Below the pieces are notes generated by a model. The model was not told the DNA's origin, did not search any database, and saw only the letters and a program-made list of their open reading frames with translations. Position numbers and translations under genes: made by a program. 64,000 nucleotides of DNA from an uncultured bacterium (GTDB lineage Bacteria > Omnitrophota > Omnitrophia > Omnitrophales > Aquincolibacteriaceae): NCBI GenBank assembly GCA_964482725.1, contig CAYZYT010000004.1, positions 104,063 through 168,062 of the forward strand, read 5' to 3'. Of this stretch, positions 12,501 to 21,500 are shown piece by piece; position 1 is the stretch's first letter, and each line of letters opens with the position of its first letter.

Positions 12501-15500
12501 GGTTTTGAAAAGCAAGATCATGACCTATCGCGAGTATGCCGACATCCTCTCCGGGCGCGGCGCAGCGAGCCGGGCGGAATTGCGGGAAGAGAAGGCTCCG
12601 AACCGTGAACGAAAAATGGAAAAAATCCGGCAGCGTCCCTCGAGGCGTTCAGACGGGAAAGAAAGTAAATGGGATGTCTTTGACCGGTTCGTGCAGAAGG
12701 TGAACCTTCTTAATTTTGAAGAGGTCAAGCAAACGGAAGAGCTTAAGAGCTTGAGCAAAAAGCGGGAGCTTCTTGTAAGTTTTGGGATCCCGGAGGCTGC
12801 GGAAGTCGAAGCAAAATATCTCATAGGCGCGATCGGCAAGCTATTCAAGAAAATGCAAGCCGAAGGGGCGGGCCGCCAGCAACCTATTATTTGGACGGAT
12901 TTTTTAAGCTACGGCGGGCAGGGGCGATATCTGACGGCTTACAAGGATGAAAATCCCGAAGGCGGTTGGATCGTCAAGGTCGCGGCCAGCGAAGAAAGCA
13001 GCCGGTACATGGATCTCTATTCTCTGGAGGGGACGCGTCTGGCTCTAGAGCGCCTCGGCGGCGGTCTCGCAGCCAGCACGATGATCATCGACGGGAGAAA
13101 GAACGGAAAGGATTTCTTTTTCCGGTCGGGAAAGCGTGCGATGTATGAAAGCGTCGCGATCGTTCAGGAAAAGTTGTTACCCCTCGTGGAATATTTGAAG
13201 CAGGTCGGTCGGCGCGGCGCCTCGGACCGGGAAGTTTCTGAGGCGATCGGGTACATGGAAAAATACAAACAGCTTGCGATCGCGATGTACCGGCGGGGCA
13301 TTGTGGATGCGGACAATTTTAACGTGGTCGGCAACTATGGTATCCGGCCCTCGGACAAAAGCCTCGCTATTTTTGATCTCGGCGATCTTACCGACAGCTT
13401 AAGGAGCGCACAATCCTTTGTCGCGGAACTGGACAGCTTTAATGAGGATAGGGCGGATGATTCCGCCGAGATCGACGGGGTCCTGCTGGATCCGAAAGTC
13501 TCTCGGGCGTTTACGGACAACCCCTTCCGGACAGAGGATTTTGTTCTTCATGGCAAGGATCTGTTCGGTTCGGAATTCGATCCCAAAAAACATGGCATGA
13601 CCTTTCCGTTATCGGAAGACGAGGTCCGTCGCATGTTCCTGGGGAGTTCGATCCGGGAGCCCTCTCAAGACCGTCGCTCAGAAATTCGAATTTCTGGAGC
13701 GAACAAAAAGCTAGCGCGAAAGGAAGACCGTCGCGCTGAACTGCGCGATGCAGAGACCTGGAGAGGGCGCGGGGCCGAATCGCCGCTCCGGCTGGAGAAG
13801 GTGACATTATTAAATGAACTGGCAGCAAAAGTCCCCGAAGGGACGAAACGTACTTTCAGAGCGCTGGCCAATGCTTCCGGCGGCCGTTACTCCTATTCCG
13901 CGATCCGCGGCATAGCTGTGTATTATGCGATCACTCCGGAAGAGGGAGGTTTTGAGCCGGAAGAAATATGGACAAGAAAAGAGTGGGTTGAAAATCTCCC
14001 GAAGGGAGCCCGCGCGCTGAGTAGGGGGCAAAGGCCTACTGCCGAAAACATTTCAGCCGCGTTAAAGGAAAAATTCGGCATCGTTAGATCGCCTGCCCAG
14101 ATCCGCGAAGCCCTATCTTTTCATAAGATCACTTATCGAGAAGTCGAAATGGTTCGCGATCTCAGCATTGATCCAAGAAACGATGACGCATGGAAGGAGT
14201 TTTTTAAAAGGCATGTCCAAACTCTAGGGCCCGGGCTTCACGCTGTTTCGGAGCTCGCAGAAAAACTTTCGTCAGTCGCGGCGAATAAAAAACTCGAGGC
14301 GGGGTTTATCGGGATCGGCGCAAGCCAGATCGAAAGGATCATGATCTTACACCGTCTTTCTTACGAAGAACTGGGTCTGAAGAAGGTCAGGCCTGCTCCG
14401 AAAACGCAGGACGAATGGATTTTGCTGGTCCGAGAACTGGTCGACAAAATCCCGGCGGGAGTAAAAAAGACGCTTGGCAATGCAGCTCAGGCGTCCGGGG
14501 GTCTATTCACTTACAGCCGGCTCTATCACGCCATGAGCGACCATGATATTTCGTACAACGAGGTCGGACTTGAAACGCCTCGGAGACAACCTCGCCGGTC
14601 GCGCGCCGACTGGCTGGCTTACTTCAAGGAATTGGCGGCGGCTATTCCGGAAGGTTTCCGTAAGGTGCTCGGCAACGCCGCGGAATTTTCCGAAGGCGCT
14701 GTGACGTTTTCTCAACTTCTCAAGGCCAAAGTGAATCATGGATTCTCTTACGAAGAGATCGGGCTGGAGCGTTTTTACCAGATCCTGGGCCTGGTTCCGG
14801 AATCGGTGGATTGGCAGATCCAGACAAGTTATGAAAAAGGCCGCAGCGGAAAAGGGCGATGGGAAACGGTGAGGACTAAGGCCGTCGGACCTCGCATACT
14901 CGGTCCCGACGAAGAAGCTTCCCGCCAGGAACGAATGGACCACCTCGAAAAAACGATCGTCCTTTTAGGCTCTGACGCCGGGAAAATGATCGATCAGGTG
15001 CTGGATGCCTTGGCTCAGGGCGCGAGCATGGACAATCTTTCCGATCTATCGGAAAAAAGCGACGTTGATCCGCAGGCGCTTCGAGAAATGATGGGTCGTC
15101 TCCGGAAAATCTACCACCGGCTTGTTGCCGGCCAACCGATCCCTCAGGAGTGGATCGGTGAAAGTGAAACCCAAGATTACCCCACAGGTGCACCTACGGG
15201 GTTGTCTCAGGGAGTTCTTTCGAGGTCCGAAGTGCGGAATGGGCAGGCGTTGAAAATGTGGGGAGCCTGGAAAACGAAAGAAGAAGCGTTGATCGATCTG
15301 GAGCTTAAAAAATCGCAGGCGATGCTCGCGATGCATCCGTGGAGCTTCCTCGCCTTGCTTAACGGGAAAGAGAATCCGAGGCTTTCGGGTGAGATCGGAG
15401 AGCTTTTGAACCGTTGTTTTGAGATGCTGGCGTGGGCGGTTGGGCAATTTCACGGCCAGCCGGTCGAGGTGCTTCAAATGGAAGAGGCCCGGAAGCTGGA

Positions 15501-18500
15501 AAGCGCGGCCCGGCAGTACCGTGTTCTTCTTGAGGTCTTGCACGGGCTCGACAAAGGGAAGCTCCCGTTCGACAAAATTGTCAGCCAGAACGACTTTGAA
15601 ACCGTCCGGCAATACACTTTTTCAGACAACGGAACCCTGTATCCGGTCCGCGTCATCTGCCGGTGGGAATCCGCCGAAGCAAAAGAGGCAAGGCTTGCCG
15701 TGAATGTCCTTTTGCCGCTGGGGTCCTCTTCTGAGGAGGACATCGCCCGGCACAAGAAGGGGCCCGGGCTTCCGCCGCTTTCCGACAGGCAAATGATCTC
15801 TCTGCGGATCGATTGGAGCAATAGGACCGAACGGGCGGAAATGGATATTTCCGGAGGTTCAAACGAAAAACTTCCTTTTGCGCGTAGGCATTGGGTCCTG
15901 AACGACTTGTCCCGACAGGCGACTTTCAGGAACTTTGTTCTTGGGATGGACCAAAAGCTCGCGAAGCTTTCCTCGGCTTCTGCGCCCGTTCCATCTGAAA
16001 AACATCGTTCTGAGATGAGGGAAGTCTTTAAGCTTGGGGGCGAGTTCACGCGCGAGACGATGGAGCGGATGATCCGCGAGCTGGCCGGACAACAGAAAGT
16101 CGATTTTGAGACGGAGGAGGGCGACAGGTTCACCGTCCATTACACTTTTCAGGATCAAGGCTATCAACAGGGCTGGTACCAGCCTTTCCGCGCCGAAGGT
16201 GAACGTTTCCGGCTCCTACTGACCCGGCATGTTGGCGCGAGCGAAGATCAGGTTGCTTTTGCGAATGCCAAACTTGTCGAACGGGACGGGAAGAAAGTCG
16301 CTGTCATGGATCATGGGTTCGGGAAAGAAGAGATCCTGAAGGGAAAGAGCATTTTAATGGATCGGGAAGTCGTCGCTTTGCAGACCGAGGACCGGTATGT
16401 TGGGTTGTTCAAAGGGATCGGGACGGCGATGATGCAACTCGCATGCGGCGTGGCACGAGCCCATGGGGCGGATGTGCTTTACGCCGAATCCATTGCTAGC
16501 AAGGAATTGGAATCCTTTTATGTTCAGGCCGGCGGTGTCATGGAAGATTATCAGGCGGTTTTTGAGGTTATGGATTCCTCCGAGGACGGGAACGCTGCTT
16601 CTACTTATTTCAGCACGAGACAACGCGCAAAATTCGATTTAAAAAGCCTTCCTCAGCTGGAACGTTTCCAGATTGAGAAGATTAGTTCCGACGCAAAACT
16701 TTCCGGGCACCGCGTACTCGCCTTATCCGACGAGGTGCAGAAGCATAATCCAAGCCCTGCGGATCTCCCAAGCAATTTTGAGATGAATCGTTCGGAAGTG
16801 CGGGGGAAGAATATTAATCGGAAAATTGTTGTTGCGATGACGCCGGAAGCGGAAAAACGTGCCCGGCGACTCCAGCAAGCGCTTAAACTTTTGGCGACGA
16901 CGTATCCTGAAGGTGTGACTTATGAGCTTGTTGCCAAAACCATGAACGAGCTTCCCAGGGATCCGGAACCTTCTCTTTCGTGGTATGCGCTCGCGAAATG
17001 GACCGAAGCCCATCCGGACCTTCCTTCGGTCGTTTTATTGAGAAAAATGCAGCGGGCTTCTTCGGCGCTCCAGGACGCGCTGAGCGATCTTGTAAAGCGA
17101 CCCGCAAAACAGAATTGGACCCCAGATCTTAAAAAGCTCCGGCACGACCTTCTTGGGAAAGCCCTGGAGTTGAACCTCCACGGAGCTTTTGTTTTTCATC
17201 CCTACACGGACGAGCGATACGTTTGGCGCGTCCTGGGATTCATGGAAGATGGGTGGAAAGCGGTATTTGAGGACATTCAAAGCAAAGAGGGCCAACTCTT
17301 GATCACGCTGCGTCTTGAAAAAGAAGGCGAGGAAGTTTTCCTGAGAACCTTTGCTGTAGGAAAAGAGAAACGGGCTTTGCTGGGCGTGCTCGGCAAAAAA
17401 GGTCAGCCGACAAAACAAGCCCTGGATATTCTGCCGCTGGAAGACAAGACCATTTATGGAGAAGAGAAAAAAGCCTACCGCATTCTTTCGGAACTTGTCG
17501 GCAGGCCGGAAGGTTACGCCTGGCAGGCGGATGAAGATAAATTAAACGATTTGATCGGGGAGGAGCTCGGCGAAGTTTCTCCACGAGGTGTTTCGAGCTT
17601 TTCGCCAGCCAAGTATTTCGCCTACCGGTGGTTTCTTTTGGGAACGCGTGAAGCGGGATGGAGCGCCAGGATCATGGAGGCGGGGATCCGGAGCGCCGCG
17701 CCTGTTTTTAAAGTTAAATTTTACAGAGAGGACGGGAAAAAAGAAGCTTTCGAAAAGGAATATCAACTAGGGCCTAAGCGGAAAGATCTGAAATATACCG
17801 GCCCCCGGAAAAACACGGCGCCTCTTTCCATTTGGGACATCGTGCCATTGAATGATGCGGGAGTTTTTGCGCCGGAACGACCCGCCCAAGAAAAAATAAC
17901 GGAAGCGCTCGCGGCCCTTCTGGCGGAAGGTGCGGTGGTCTCGCAGGCATTACTTGCCGAAAAAGCGGATGTTGGGGAGAACACCGTTGTCCGCATCAAA
18001 AAAGAAAACGCGGTTCTCGGGAAAAAGATCGATGAAGCCGTAGCGACCTCGCTTTATAAGAAGATCGAAGCTTTTCTCAAAGATCATCCCGGGGCCAAGC
18101 AAAAAGATATTGCGGAAGCGATCGGCGTGAGCCCGAGTGCGATCGTCTACTATAAGAGCACGAATGAAGAAATCCGCAAATTGATCGAAGTGAATCAGCC
18201 GGTTCAGGATAAAAAAGCTCTCTCGCCAGGAAAGGGGTCTCAGACGAAGGAAACAAGATCTGCCCCAAAGACAGAAGCACCGCGGAAAGAAAAAAAGATC
18301 CCTCAGCCCAGAGTTTCCCCCGCGCAAGACAAGCCCGCCATTCCCGAGGAGAAACCTGAAGAGGGAAAAGCGGCAAAACCCACGGAACTCAAGGGTGTCA
18401 CCGCCGTTCCCGAGATCCAAACGTACGCCATGCTTGATGAGGGGATTGTGACGCTTTTTGAAAGACGGTACGCTCCGATTTTGGAAGAACTTTCGGACCA

Positions 18501-21500
18501 GGCGGTGGATGAACCTTCGGAAACGGTCGAAAAAAGCGAAGCGCTTCTCGGGCGGCTGGATCTTGTTTTGAAAAATTTTGAAAAGTCTTCTCCGACGCTG
18601 TTGGGGAGGCTGAAAAATATACGGGGCAAATTGGAGAGCATTCAGTCTCTGGCCCGCGTGAACGATGATGCGGGTTTTGATGGCTCCGAGGGCGAATCGC
18701 GCGACCCGTCCCGTTCGGAAGTTCGGACCGCGCCGGATCTAACAATAAAGGCAGAGGACAGAACGCGCTTCCTGAAAAAGAATCGCGGGAAAGACCTGAA
18801 CGAGATGGTGAAAAGCATGATCCGGGACGCAACACGGTACTCCGAAGAAGGCGCGGCGCGGGTTCTTTATGCGGAGCCGAAGGAGCCTGTTTTTATTCCT
18901 GAAAAATATGATGCTTATCTTGGCTACAGTGCTTTGGATACGGCGCTTTGGGAAATTTTCGGGAATGCGCTTAAATATTCTCCCAAAGAAAAACCGATCC
19001 GGATCGCGCTTGAAAGGGAACCCGGGCACATTCTCTTGAAGGTCTCAGATTCAGGCATTGGGATATCCGCTGAAGAAATGAAACATGCCGGGACAGTAGG
19101 TTGGCGCGGAGAGCGGGCCCAGGCCTATTTCAAACTTGGCGCCGGAAGAGGGATCGCTCAGACAAAAGAGATCATCGAAAGGATCTACGGCGGTTCGGTA
19201 ACGATTGAAAGCCCCGGGGAAAACCAAGGGACGATCGTTACCATAACGCTCCCTCTGAGCGATTCAGCGGGACGGGCAAAGTTGGATTCAGACAAGCTCC
19301 GCTACAAAGACACAGCGGACTTTATGGCCCGACACAGCGTGATAGAGAAGGGCGTGGTCTATACGGTTCGGGATATTCTCGACCGGGAGTTGCCATCCGC
19401 GGTTTATGCGCTTGAAAAGGTCCAGGAATTACGCCGGCGAATGGACGCATCCGGTAAGCGAGAAACGCCGCTTATCCTTTGGCAGAATATGAGCTTGGGG
19501 CAGTTCTTTCCTTATTTTAGCGAAACCGTTAAAACGGAGCTGGGAGTCTTGGAGCTGTCCGAAGATGTTTCGAAATGGCAAGCCCAGATCGCGGATCTTC
19601 AGCCGGGCAAAAGCCGCTTCATTCTGATCAAACAAAAAATAGCTTCGAGCTTCCCGGGGGAGAATAAAGATTACGCGAATTATCCGGAAGAGGAGTGGGA
19701 CCCGTCGGTGGAGACTTGGGGGGCGAAGGAAATAGAGAGGATCGCCAAGACTTTGCGCGCTCCCGTTGTGATGGTGGATCATACGGGGAAGGAATTCTCA
19801 AACGGACAAAGGCTCTTGGCGGAGCACGCGCAGCGAAGCGGAATTAAAACGCATTGGATGAATAGCCGCTTGAGCGAGGACCTTGGGAAGGATAAAGATC
19901 TTTGGAGCTCGGACAGTCTCCTCGTGCTGCTCAATGCGAATGCAGATCCAGAGAGAAAGAAATCCTTATTCGATGATAGTGAGAATTTTTCAAAAACCCG
20001 GCGGATCCTCTCGGGGATCATTAACGGAGAAAAGATAAACTTCGTCGACGCACTTATGGAGGCCTATGCGGCCGCTACGCTCCAGGCTCAAGAAGCTCGT
20101 CGCTCGGAAATGCGTTTGCCCGCGAGCGGGGGGAGAAAATCCTCCGGAGCGGTGACTTTTCTCAAGAAAAAGGAAGTCCCGGGAGTCGTTACGGCAGTTT
20201 CTTTCGAAGGAAAACCGTATGCGCTGTCCGCGATCGGGACGATGCTGCAGATCCGGGATCAATTCAATTTTGGCATTCTTCTTTTCAAGCTGATTCCCGA
20301 ACGCCAGCGCAATGCCTTTATCGCTTCTTTGCCGCGGGAGACTCAGGAAAGGGTTCAAGCCTACCGTCGCGCACCCGCGGCCGGCGCTACACGGCTTATG
20401 GTCGAGGTCCTCAAAAACGAGGATTTTACGGCGCAGATCAAAGCCAATGCGGCGGTCCAGATTGGGATCGGGCAGGACCTAGCTACGAGTGTCGTGAGGT
20501 TCGAGGTCGAACAAGTCTCAGATGAAAAAGCCGTTTTCAGGATCTTTCTCGGGGAAGTGCCGGTCGAATATGACGTCAGCCTCGGGAAAACCTACATGGT
20601 GGCCCGGGAGAAGGTTTTGGAGGAGCCGCTCGATGCCGCCGAACTTTTTACTGTGTCGTCCGATGTCCTTTCCGCGGGCAAGCACTTTTCTTTCCGGATG
20701 TTCCTGAAAGATAATGCGACCTGGATCCATATGGTTGATTATAAGTCTACGAACGGAACGGTTCTTTGGGCGGAGGTTTATCCGAAGAAAGTGGATTATC
20801 CGAGGCGCAAACAGGACCGGGCGATCTGCGAGAAAGAAATTCGAAAAATGCTGGAGGACTTTTCGGACAAAATGCGGGCCGATGGCCTCGCGACGGACCC
20901 GGAGACGAAAGATGTGAAGTACCAGGAGGCCTTAAACGAGGCGGCCTCGCTCTATATCGAGAGTTCCAAGTTTCACGAACTGGAAGAGCTGAGGAAAAAA
21001 TTGATCGAGAACTACTTTTTTTCCAATACCAGCTCTTCTCTCGGGGCTTCGACGAGGAGCCAGTACGCCCTTGAAACGCTGGAATCTTTACTGGAGGATG
21101 ACCGGATCTCGGTTTGGGAGCCCATCCTCGAGGCGGCTGTTAAATACGTCCGGTACTTTGTTCATCTGGTCCGTCTTCTCAAAACCGAAAAGCTCAAGCT
21201 CGCCCCGTCTAAGCTCCAGTACGAGATGGTGCGCGCTCTTTCCAAAATAAACGGGAAGGAAACAGAGGTCCCGGAAGCGTCCAAATTCAACAAAGAGATC
21301 TTCGGCAAAACCCTCCGCATCGACACCTTGCCGAGGTCTGAAGCCCGGACTTCCCGAACCCCGGATCAGACCCCGGCTCTAAACCCCGGGTCTGCGGCGG
21401 GTGCGAAGCGGGAAGAATCTGGACAAAGTGTTCGCAACGCCCTGGTCGTGCGGGACCGGATCGAGAAACTCACGGGCGCCGGGACGATCCTGATGAGTCG

